In this document: piece by piece, positions 1 to 18,600 of the stretch
Layout: every line of letters begins with the position of its first letter
How positions within the stretch are numbered: the stretch's first letter is position 1
NCBI GenBank assembly: GCA_002269645.1
Contig: NIVC01000075.1
Coordinates: 213,969-277,968, forward strand
From: Macrostomum lignano
Lineage: Eukaryota
Direction of reading: 5' to 3'
DNA length: 64,000 bases
The notes under the pieces: generated by a model
Told to the model about the DNA's origin: nothing
Database searches by the model: none
The model's input: only the letters and a program-made list of their open reading frames with translations
Translations under genes and position numbers: made by a program

Positions 1-6525
<6,525 letters not shown>

Positions 6526-7109
6526 CAGGCAGACAGTCAGCTGATTGGTATCGCGGCCCTCGAATCAAGCTGGAATAATCGGTGGCTTGCTGTGTGAAAG
6601 AACTAGTCCGTTAATAACAGTCGAAGTTACTTGTTGATCTGATGTTTGTATACTTATGAGCAGCCCCTGATGCGTCTCATCACACCTTTATAAAATTTAT
6701 TAGTCTGTGTTTTGTGTTGGCTTTATTATTAATCGCCAATTAATTCTGCTTCTCATCTACACCGAATCGATGCGTCTCAAAACTCAAGCAATCGAACCTC
6801 TGTTATTAACTTAGCCTGAATGCTGTGCGCCTGATGCGACTACAAATCGAATTACAAATGTATCTAAGCTTGAGAAAAAACCGGACCGATTAAATGGAAA
6901 GTTTTGCACAATACCGAAATGTTATTTATATATTAGTGCTTGTTACTTTGCATCAGCTGTAAACTATGGTATCGAAAGTTTAACTACAAAACCACATTGA
7001 GACTTTTAGAATTCAGAATTTTAGTGCAATGGGTAAGTCAAAACTTGAGTTATCTCTTGCTTTGTTTGTCTTTGGCAAAAGCTACTTTCAGTGTTACTGA
7101 AACGCGTCT

Positions 7110-7718
7110 CTGGAGGATTCTCTATGCCGCGAGTTCTCGGAGGGCGTCGACGAACTGGCTGACTGGCTCACCTGGCATCTGGGAACGCGACTTGAGCTTG
7201 TAGCGGTTGCTGATTGTGCTGTGCGACTGACCGAAGATCGTTGTCAGTGCAGCCACCAGCTTGTCAAACGTATCAACGCTCGTCGTGGCAGATTCCTCAG
7301 CGCGTAGACTCTCTGGCCTTCCTCGCCTAGCAGATGAACGAGAATCGCCTTCTTGCGTGCATCCGATGCTTCTTTTAGGTCCAAGGCCTCCAGGTAGATC
7401 TTGAATCCTTCGATCCAACGATTCCAAGGCGTGTGTAGCTGTCCTGGGTGGGCGAGAAACACGCGTGGCTCGGAAATGCTCAGACTCGTCGCCATGTTGT
7501 ACCTTGAGGCAGCATGGCTAAATGAATAAGATGCGAGAAGCGATTTCAAAGCCAAAGTTCAAAGTCACAAAGCCTTGAAAAGCCGGTGCGCACTTATATT
7601 GTAATTAAAAGCATGATTCAGCAAACACCAAACCCCCCACCCGGCCGAGGCCGGTCTGGGCAGACGGACACCCCCAGCCAATCTGAACGCGAGCACTCCA
7701 ACCGGCGTAAGCCGCATA
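7110..7718 (-). mobile_element. Truncated Ty3/gypsy element: 5' LTR (7495-7718), PBS (7485-7494), frameshifted gag N-terminus
   Basis: Gag motifs WNRWIEGFKIYLEA..RKKAILVHLLGEEG and RYKLKSRSQMPGEPVSQFVDALRELA. The LTR ends ...ACAACA, followed by TGGCGACGAG, complementary to the 3' end of tRNA-Ser(GCU). Confidence 0.8.
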
Positions 7719-9164
7719 CAAGGACTACTTAACAACTTAGGACGCTACACTCGCAAATGGTAGAAATTCTAGAAAAGGCCGCTTGATTTGGCTGTCTATG
7801 GTTTTTTAATAAGCCTTTTGGATAAAGAAGCAAGTACTAAGTGATAGATACGAGTAATTATAAAAGTTTTGCGCTATAATAATTATTTTTACAGTTATAC
7901 AAACAATAAATATATGCAAATATTCCCAGCATAAGAATTGTAAATGACAATTGAAAAGTACGATATGCAACGAACCGGAAAACTCCGGACATAACTGTAT
8001 AAGGAAAACATAGATGGCTATAACAAAGTTTGAAAATATACAGGTGTTTGAAAGAAACATTCAGCTAGGCTTCAGTTTGCGGAGTCAGCGAGAGCAAACG
8101 GTGGTTGATTGTCTGGACGTCTCGGAATCTCTGCGCACCATGCCTTTATAGATGGAGTTGGCCAGTCTTCGAGACACTCCACGCAGCAGATCTCGGTCCA
8201 GTTGAACATCAAAAAAATTTCGAAGATTTTCTCAAATACAAGCACGGAACTGCTAACACAACGCTGCCCAGAACCAAGAGAATGGGCATAACAGAAGCAG
8301 GCAAAGACAACTAACCATTCAGCGCGATGGCTCAGTTTCCCTCGAGATACAAGCGTAGTGAACTCACTACAAGCAGTGGAAGTATCCAGACCAGGCAAAC
8401 TTGTTGCAATTGTTCGGTCAGGCAAATTTTCTTTGTGGGAAACGTAGCCACAAATGTAGTAAAGAGAGGCTTTCTTCGGTAGAAATTCGAGCAACGGATA
8501 AACTTAGCTCGTCAAAACTGACAGTCTCTTCATCGGTGACATCATGCTGACAACATGCTGATGGCGAGTGATCTGGTGGCGAAGCGTGAAGTTGCGCATA
8601 GAGCTGTATGCGGCGGAGGCGAGCACTAGCCATAATCTGATCCACTGATATGTAATAGCAGCCTCCATGACCTTGACGATAAATTTTTACAAGCACATCG
8701 CGCCGATACGCCAATACTGTGAAGTCGCTCTTAACTCGAACGGAGGACTTAACAGTGCGCTCATGAATGAGCAAAAAATCGACTCGCAAATCCTGACATT
8801 TGAACAATCCAGCCTCCGGAGGTAACAAAATCCAGGCTTAAAGCTGACATAATGAATAGTGCCCACGAGACAACTCTGTCGACAGCATTGAAGGCAGTCA
8901 ATTCATCAGGGGCCCTAGCTCTGTCGACTAACAGCACACCTCGCCGACCAGCATCTCTAGAGCGTCCTAAAATATTTGAAACAGGCTGATACAACTTAGT
9001 AAGTTAACTAAGTACACAACCATTCATACTTACTTGAGACAGTCTGACGCAGGGAAGTCAATGAAAAATCTTTAAAGATTGCGGGTGGGTCGATGGGGCG
9101 CGCGTGTATGGCGGTTAATTCGTTTCAGTGGTGCATTTTCAGGCCAGTGATTTTTGCAAACTCC
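7719..9164 (-). mobile_element. P-element/THAP transposon, truncated copy (one TIR plus frameshifted transposase C-terminus)
   Basis: Starts with TIR caaggactacttaacaac. Motifs IYRQGHGGCYYISVDQI, LYYICGYV and SEFTTLVSRGKLSH match the P-transposase C-terminal region. Cut at 9164. Confidence 0.8.
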
Positions 9165-9390
9165 TTAATTACCCCCGCGGTAGAGCTTTTCCCTAGGCTG
9201 ATCCCAGGCGAAACTAGCTCTCTCCCCAACAACAACAAAAGCCATCTATACTAATAGCAGACCAGCATTTCGAGCATGGATCGGGCCCCATGAACATCTG
9301 CATTATAGCAGAAATTTGATTTGCACAGAAACTACTCAATTACGAGCTACTTTCACTGTCAATTTAAAGCTCAGAATTCAAGTACAAAGG

Positions 9391-9440
9391 GTATGTAAAA
9401 ACTTTAGTTGTTTATGGCAGTAAATATTTTACTTGCTTAG
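9391..9440 (+). other. Probable 50-nt 5' UTR intron of paralog B (homolog at about 27096-27145 for C)
   Basis: aagg|gtatgt ... ttgcttag|gtac, conserved upstream of both B and C. Confidence 0.45.
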
Positions 9441-9615
9441 GTACGGTGAGACGCGTTTCTGTAACACTGAAAGGAGCTTTTGCCAAAGACAAACGAAGCA
9501 AAGGCTTCAATATAAGTACGAAAGTCAAAGGGACCAGCTTAAGCGATACTTCATAGAGTTTTAGCTGTGAAAGAAAAGCGTAGCTTACACTTGAATAATC
9601 AGCTCACAAATCGAA

Positions 9616-12600
9616 ATGCTCTCCAACACTTATCCAAGATGCTGGAAGGTTCTTTCTGTCATTGCTCTCTTAATACTGGTGCATCAGATTGAGCTCAGCT
9701 GCTCGACAAGCCCCTGCATCAACCTTGACTTGGTGGTCGCAGTGGACACATCGTCTTCATGCTCTCAAACACAGTTCGACAGGCTGCTCTCAGAGGTGAA
9801 GGCCTTGGTCTCTAAATTTCCAATCGGTCCGACAAAAACTCGACTGGCTCTGATCGGCATGTCGCAGACTGCGCAGGTTCTCGCCAACTTCGACGACGTG
9901 ATGTCTCTGTCGGACTTCAACTCCGCGGTCGACAGGCTGACGATGAGTTCCGAACGAGCCGAAATCTCGAAGGGCGTCAAGCTGGCTCGAGAATCCGTAC
10001 TCAACAAGGCCAGGGCTGCTCCGACTCCAAGACTCTTAGCTCTGGTGAAGGACAGGCAGTGCGCTGAGAGAATAACGGGATCGAGCGACGCGGAACTGGC
10101 TTCGATTAAGTCGGAAGTCGCAGTCCTGAAGTTGACGGGAAACGCAGTGCACGCAATCGGAATCGGTGGATTGTGGAACAGGTGATTAAATTTTATTGTT
10201 TTTTCTTTAGCTCACATACAATTTGTTTTCATAGCTATATATAGTTTCAGTTGATGCCTGAACCCTAAAAGTCTTTATAGCACAGTTTTATCATCCGTTA
10301 AAAAGCAACTTTTTTTAATAATGGTGCAGCCAGAAAGTTTATTTGAAGGATAAACCAACCCCACCCACTGAGAGAAACGACGTCGAAACGACGTCGTCCC
10401 GCACAACGTGATGTTTTTACATCGCATGTATGTCGCAATGTCGTATTGATGCCGTATTCATTTTCATGTAGTATTCGTGCCGTGGCAGGCAATTTTTCTC
10501 TTTCATTCGTTGAATTAATTTTTCGTTTGAACACGAACAGTACTAACTTAAAAAGCGACAAAAAACGATAACAGTATGTCGTGGAATTCTTCGTAGCATT
10601 TAGAAGAGCATGAGATTGAAATCGCGCCAAGGCGTGTAAGAAAGTAAAGCAACAACTGTCTTTTAGCAACTGTCTATGGTTAAAACTGCGGTGATATCAC
10701 TAGAAAACTAGAAGGGGTACGAAGAAAATAATTTATAAGTCCTCTTAAGTTTTTAGTCAGCTACTGCTCAAAAACATACAATTATATTCAACGACATGAC
10801 TGGTCGCCCTGCAGAACCTTCATTTAAAGTACCCCCTGGGCAAGTGCGTCCCGCACTGGAGCTGTGCAACATTAATTTCACAATGCGGGAGCTCGCTCGC
10901 CTTGGCGCGATTTCAATTTCATGCTTTTCTGAATGCTACGAAGGTTTCCACGACATGCTGTTATCTTTTTTGTCGTTTTAAGTTAGTACTGTTCGTGTTC
11001 AAACGAAAAATATATTTTACGAACGAAAGAGGAAAATTGCCTCGTGGCCTTAAATGCTATTTTAATCTATCTGCTGTTACTAAAGGTTGGTTGGAAGTTT
11101 CCTAAACCATAAAAGAAACTATCAAATACAAGTAGAATAGCTTGAAATATTTCTTTGCTAGAAAAAGATGGCTAAGGGCATCATTATTTAAACTTCACTC
11201 GAACTCAAAATTACATGTAAAATGATAGACAAGCACACGATAGATAAATAATCAGCGGTCCCAGTGCGTGACAACGATTGTCTGGCGAGCAAGATTGTCC
11301 GCCGGTAGCGCGAGCCATAGACAATCGTTGTCACGCACTGCGACCGCTGATTCTTTGCATTGTTTTTCTGTTTGACGATCCTACAGACAATGCATTGTTT
11401 GTAGTATGGATTGTTCTGCATTAAAATGTGAATAATGATCGTCGAATTGCTAAACAATGAACTTCTCTATGGGGAAATCACATAGAAAGTTGTAGAAAAA
11501 CCGGTAAATTCCATTATTGTATAAGTATTAAAGTGAGTAAAGGAGTGTAGGTAAGATAGGCTAATCGTGTTTAAATATAATTGCACGCGACTAACCGCGG
11601 AAGATGAATTACGAAAATATAAAATTTATATAATTTTCCCAGCTGACAGAATTAAACATAACAATGGTAAAAAGATAAAAATAGAGAAAAATAGACAGAC
11701 AGGAGGCGAGAGGAGACAGAGAGGAAAAATTTTGGTAACAGTAACAGTGATATTAGTAAACTAACTGCATATAAAATGAGAGACTTAGATAACAGGGCAC
11801 AATGAGATATTACCATAAGTATTATAGATTAGCTATGAACATATTGCACTGCAAAAGAAAACAGTGGCGCAACCAGGGGGGGGGGGGCGGGGGGCGCGGT
11901 GGCGGTCGCGCCCCCCTTAGGCGGAGATCCAAAAAAATCAAAGGGGGGAACAGAGCCACCCCTCCCGGGACTTTATCCTCCAGAATCCGACCCCCCTCAA
12001 AAGTTTCTGGTTGCGCTACTGAAAGAAAAAGGAAAACTTTTTTTCGAAGACGGCTGTGAAGAAGGCGAAGAAAAAGCTCAGTTAATAAGACACAGCGAGC
12101 ATTTTGTAAACTACACCTTTTCGCGTTCTATTTCGATAAAACTGCATTCAATTTCGGCAAACTCGCTTTCATTTTCGGCATCAGCTAATAGACCATAGCC
12201 CATAGACCTAATTGGTTGTCAACCAAGGTATTGCAGTGACGAAGACAGACTAGGAGAATCGGCAGCGGGTGACAGGTAAGGATGCTGCGGTTGATGACAG
12301 GATATTTACTATGAGAACTGGAGTAACAGGTGGATCTTGCAAGTGGAAAACATCACATTGGAAAGCAATGCGGGCATGGCGACTGCAATGGCAGGGACTT
12401 GAGGAGCATGGATTTGCGTGGTTGAAGAGGATCCAACATCTGGACTGTGATGCGAAGAGAACAATTAGAGGAGAGAAAAGATTTGACCTGGAAGAGTGTG
12501 GCACCTGGGCAGCTTGCAGTGCATTGCTATTGTTGCGTCACTGTTCCACTTCATTCCTTCTCGCAAGTCGCTGATTCGCATCTAGCAGGTACTGACCAAT

Positions 12601-15600
12601 GCATGCCCCAATGGCTGCATCTGTCATTTGGGTGCTGATATCATTTCTGAAAAAAGTGATATTTAAAAGGCCTGCCTGTATACCGCTATGAATTTTTCCA
12701 GCCAAATTTCTCTATTCTTTTCAAATTAGCATGTCAAAGAGTGTATGCTTTACAAATGTGACAGCTTAATATGTGGAAAAATTAATGTTTATTAAATAGA
12801 TAGTGTCATTAGAAGAAGTAAACTACTTATCAATGATACCAATGACCAATGAACAATACCAATAGATAGATGTTGATTTTTTTGCTGTCCTAGACGAGAA
12901 GGGGTGGTTGTCTATTTTATCGCCCTTACATGAGATGGCAGTAAGTATTGCATTGGCTAGCTAATTTTAAATATAATTATAAGAGCATTATGTATGAATA
13001 CGAGCGTAGATACGAGCGTATAGTAGATGTTGATCTAAGGGGATAGGCTATATTTTTGTCCTAAAAGCCCCGTAACGACAACTACTTCCGTAAGTGTCCT
13101 CCGCTCTCACAAACATCTATTGGATGTTGGGCACTAAAGTACTTGGCGGGCCAGGGACCAGGGACTTGCACCCAGCATTTGTGCGAGCGTAGTTTTGGCA
13201 CTCAAGTTGAACACCCATTTGTGGCTTAGTACCTAGAATAGCTTATTTAAACTTAAATTAGATTATATAAGTGGGTTAAATTACACCCTGACATAGTGCA
13301 TAATATAACATGATGATTTAGCTTGCATCTTGTCGGCAAAATAAATTTTAGCCACGAACTGAAGGCCATTTTTGGAACCAACTACCTGCTCTTCAAGAAC
13401 ACAAACAAGGCCATGGAGTCCGCCAAGTCGCTAAACAATAAAGTTTGCCCGAAGCCAGCCTGCAAAAGCTCGGGTCGGACTGTGAAGCGTGAAACTTGCT
13501 TTGGAAAGTCGCAGCACGTATTAACGGTAAACGACAGTGCTTTCACTTCATCTGGCATGGAAGTCTGCAGACAGCAGATTGCTCGATCATTTCAGTCTTG
13601 CGGTGAGTTCGCCCTTACTTCAGTCTTGCATTTGCTGATTTCTTTCTCTCTGAGGGCTCAATTTTTACTCAAACGCAAAGACTTCTTGGGCCTTAGGGTT
13701 GGAAAAAATGAAAAGTTTTCTGATTTGCATAAAATTCCCAGTATACTTGTACGAGCGTAAATTGCAAATATGAGTAGTTTAACATGTACTTGAAGTAGAA
13801 AGTAAACCAGCACACGAGGCACTACTAATAAAGGCGGACCATTAACTGTCTTGTCATTTAGTTGGTCTATTAGTTAATTTATTGCGGTTCACGTATATTA
13901 CAGTGCAATTTTGAAGACGCGTTTGCCCACAAAAGTACTTCTTGTGGTGATACGAGCTATTGTCAACAGATTTTTATGGAAAGAATGACTGGATAGGCAA
14001 GGACCCTAGAGGCAAGGATGAGGCCAGAACAGAGTGCCCCTAAGCCGAGGTATCATCTAGGCCTGGAAGTGACTCTGGCCCAATATCGTTTGATCAACTA
14101 GATTGTCCGAGTTAACTGTGAAACTATGTGAACGAAATTCCGGGTCGGGACAGCTTTAAAAACTGGACACTGCTTCGTAACAGCCGCTTGCTCTTTTGAT
14201 GCAACGAAGTATAAACAGCTATTTTTAGGTACTGTTTGCACCAAAGTGTCCTGTGACAGCGTTGGCGCGGTAGGTGAAAACCCGCTAAAGAGTTGCGAGA
14301 TAGAGGTGCTGAAGGCCGAGCTCCGTGTGCCTTGTGTACTCTCTTCCCGGATCGTACCCGCTGAGCACGCTGCGTGGTTGTAACATCAGAATGTCATCTA
14401 TCCACTGAATCAGCTACAAATAAGCACGTTTACTGTTCCGACTGGCTGAACGCGCGAGAATCTCTTCCCGAGCGCTGTACCGAAACTTATGGCCTAATGG
14501 CCTTGGTGGGCGACAGCCCTTGTCTAGGTTCACCCTCTCCCGACTTTCCACTTTGGCGCTCTCCTGGCCCTCCAGTTTGGCCCTTGCCTAGGTTCACCAT
14601 CTCCCGACTTTCCACTTTGGCGCTCTCCTGGCCCTCCAGTTTGGCCCTTGCCTAGGTTCACCATCTCCCGACTTTCCACTTTGGCGCTCTCCTGGCCCTC
14701 CAGTTTGGCCCTTGCCTAGGTTCACCATCTCCCGACTTTCCACTTTGGCGCTCTCCTGGCCCTCCAGTTTGGCCCTTGCCTAGGTTCACCATCTCCCGAC
14801 TTTCCACTTTGGCGCTCTCCTGGCCCTCCAGTTTGGCCCTTGCCTAGGTTCACCATCTCCCGACTTTCCACTTTGGCGCTCTCCTGGCCCTCCAGTTTGG
14901 CCCTTGCCTAGGTTCACCATCTCCCGACTTTTTACGATCGATTACAACTTTTACTGTCCGCCTGTTGTAAACTTTATCTCTGTAATAACTCACGCGGACT
15001 CCACTGGTTGAGTAAGTTAGAACTTCTCGAGAAAAACTTGAGCGACTGCTAGTTAGCGCACGCGTATATATATTTAATAGGCACGACGTACATTAGTACA
15101 CACGATACACGTACACGCGAGGAAGAACAATTAATGATGTGCATATACGAGCTACTTAAGCAAAGTCAACGTTCCCACGCAACCCTACACCCTCAAGCAA
15201 CCTCAGATCAGTCCAGTGGCACTTTGTTACAATCTTAAGTGTTAGTTTATTCTTAGTCACGAGCTAATTTGTCCCACTAGCAATTGGACACCTGTGGTCT
15301 GATGAAACTCAATTTAAAGAAGCACTGGTTAAAATTTTACGGTAACGTGCTTATTTTGCGTAGCTGCTATTTAGAAGCTCTTAACAGTCGACCACTAGTT
15401 ATAAATCACTAGTAAAACATTGCTTTTCAAGGTGGGATGAGAGAAGAAAGCTACGGGGTCAGGTCAGTCTAGAACAGAAAGCAGCATGCATGTGTTTTTT
15501 TTACCTCGGGATAAAACATAGAACTCGAGCGTACAGTAGTGTAGTAATGAGTTGAAACTCATTTGGCCCTAAACTACGGCGAGATGTAGCGAATGTAAAG

Positions 15601-18600
15601 TTTACAGCGTTAGGCTGATGTCCTAGCGAATATTCTTGATCTGCGAATAATCCCGAGAAACACGTTGCTATGATATGCAACACCTGATATTACTTGCTAA
15701 CTCTTTAAATTGCACTACGCTCGTAATGCTTCCAGTAAGCTCACAACGAAATTCATTCTTCACTAAGACTGCTCCAAAACCAGGTAAAAACATTATCTAA
15801 ACATTTGCCGTTTCCAGTCGAGAAGCAGTCCTGCAGCAAGATAGAGCGTACAGTACAGTACTAGCGTACAGTACTTTTAAAACACCACAGCGCCCTGTGA
15901 CAGCCCACACAGTACCGCTGCCCTCACGGTGCCCCTAAATTCACGCCCCCACCCTAATCTTGCGGTGTTCCCACCCACACAGCGCACCTACCACAACTAT
16001 ACATACCAAACCACTAATTGCATATCTACTTTCACTTTCATCTATTTACAATCATTGATGTTCAAATAAAGTCATATATATAATCAATTTATATACAATA
16101 AGGCAACACTGGAGTAAAGTACACCAGCAAACACTTGCAGCCGAGAAACATTCCTGCTACAAGATGGAGCGAAGCATTGGCTCATGCCAAGCTGACGGCA
16201 ATTCGGAAATCGTTGAGACGCTGCAGTTTCTCGACCGAAAGAAACAGTCGTGCGTGACATATGAGGAGAAGCACAAAGTGAATTGCTGTAAGTTTCCTGT
16301 TCTTCCAATTAATGCCAGTCAGTCAGCCAGTCAGTCACTCATTCGTCAATTAGCCAGTCAGTCAGTCAGTCAGTCAGTCAGTCAGTCAGTCAGTCAGTCA
16401 GTCAGTCAGTCAGTCAGTCAGTCAGTCAGTCAGTCAGTCAGTCAGTCAGTCAGTCAGTCAGCCACTCACTCACTCAAGTCAGTCAGTCAGTCAGTCAGTC
16501 AGTCAGTCAGTCAGTCAGTCAGTCAGTCAGTCAGTCAGTCAGTCAGTCAGTCAGTCAGTCAGTCAGTCAGTCAGTCAGTCAGTCAGTCAGTCAGTCAGTC
16601 AGTCAGTCAGTCAGTCAGTCAGTCAGTCAGTCAGTCAGTCAGTCAGTCAGTCAGTCAGTCAGTCAGTCAGTCAGTCAGTCAGTCAGTCAGTCAGTCAGTC
16701 AGCCACTCACTCACTCAAGTCAGTCAGTCAGTCAGTCAGTCAGTCAGTCAGTCAGTCAGTCAGTCAGTCAGTCAGTCAGTCAGTCAGTCAGTCAGTCAGT
16801 CAGTCAGTCAGTCAGTCAGTCAGTCAGTCAGTCAGTCAGTCAGTCAGTCAGTCAGTCAGTCAGTCAGTCAGTCAGTCAGTCAGTCTGCAAGGATGTCTAT
16901 TTTCCAGTCAGAGCAAGCGAGTGCAAAGATCAAGTCGCAGATGTGGTGATAATGCTGGATAAATCTGGTAGCATTCGTAGTCACTACAGCACTGTTGTGG
17001 ACTCAGCGAAGGCAATAATCCTGTCGCTAAACATTGGAGAGAGAAATGTTCGGATTGGCGTGCTATCCTTCAATGGCTATTCGTCTTACTCAGGATCAAA
17101 ACTGCATGTGAGGGATCTGCTAGAAATGCTTGTAAACCTTGGCGATGAGTTCGACGTCTTCGAAATTATAAGAAAGGTTGACGAAAGCAAGACTTTAGAT
17201 GAGTATGAGTTTCGGGGCACGAACACTGGTTCCGCCCTCAAAGAAGTCAAGAAGCTTTTCAACTCAAAAGGCCGAAGAAACGTTTTCAAAGCCGTCGTTA
17301 TCATCACGGATGGTAGGAGCAACGACGCCAAAGAACTGTTTCAAGCAGTGTCGGATATAAAAAACGACGATGTCACGCTGTATGCGGTAGGAGTCGGCGA
17401 CCCGTACGACTTAGATTTGTGAGCCTCTTTGTTAAGATCTAATTTTTAGTTTGTTCTTTAAATTAGATAGAAGATATTAGCACCAATGGTTGGCTGAAAA
17501 GTATACAAATCATATACATGTAAAAATATTAAATACCACGGTGTCACTCTTTATGGCACAGTAGTCGACAGCCAATTTGACGTGAACCAGCGAGCCACTT
17601 TATATGTCTTATTTCTATACTGCTTTAAAATGCGTATGAAAAGTTTAAAGCAGTATGAAGTGAGTTATTATTTCACACCAAGGACACCTGTTTGTAGTGG
17701 ACTTATAAATATATAAGACAACTCTCCTTTGCTCCAATGAAGGGGTAAATTTAGCACTGAACTAGAAATCTGCGCCCCACATTAATTTTTAAAGCCTTCA
17801 ATCATTAAGTTATTAAGACAACTGTCCAGACTAAGATATCAGATCCCCTATGAGCTTTGGCTCAAAGCATCTGTGAAACCCCCATGAGCCAAAGGATTTA
17901 AGCCACTCCCCAATGAGCTTTGGCATTTCAGCGATCTTCTCACGAACCAAGACAATTAGGGGGCTAGCTTTCCGGGGGGGGGGGGTTCGAGGGGGGTTTA
18001 GGATATCAGCAATCCTTCCATGAGCCTCAGCATGTAAACAATTCCCCTAAGCCGCAGAGTTCAAGCGATTTCCTTCAAGAGCCTATGAGTATCTATGATT
18101 ATAGAGCGATACCTCTATAAACATTTAATGATTAGCAGGGTGATTCTCTTAAGGTTGAACCCTAACCCTGAGCCTAATACCCCTATCCTAAGCACTAACT
18201 CTAAACCTGCTGAAAGTCACAGCAGTTTAGTCATTCTTCCAGGAGCCAAAAAAGTTCAGCAATCAGCACGTTAAGTTTTGGTATGTCAGCGATTCTCTAT
18301 GAGACTAAAGACTCAGAATTTCACATATCCCACCTCTATGAGCCCTGACTATTCAGTGTTGTGTACTTGTACTTTGTACTTCTTTGTTTATGGCCCTCCC
18401 CGTGCGCCTTTGATTTATTTTATAAATGCGATAAGTGTGCCGTGCTCATAGCAACTACACAACATCCTGCAACTACAGTGACGAGCTGAAGATGATCACC
18501 TCGCCAGAGTCCGACAGAAACCTCTTCATTTTCAACAAATTTGATCAGCTAAGGCATTGGGCTTTAAATTTCTCAGCTCGGCTTTGCATGGAGTTGAGGC

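Noticed and set aside
12250-12638. Overlapping short ORFs in intron 1 of B
   Set aside because: No convincing domain in any frame; possibly a TE relic, but I cannot support a call.
14523-14931. CRISPR-like regular repeat
   Set aside because: Units are contiguous and identical with no spacers, in a eukaryotic context with no cas genes.
16164-16949. SQSV-repeat ORFs (also 29255-30623) as mucin-like coding sequence
   Set aside because: This is the (CAGT)n microsatellite, open in several frames and flanked by canonical donor and acceptor sites; length varies about tenfold among paralogs.
17840-18350. Recurrent cccc(c)atgagc-like motifs
   Set aside because: Too degenerate to define a unit or function; probably an old satellite.
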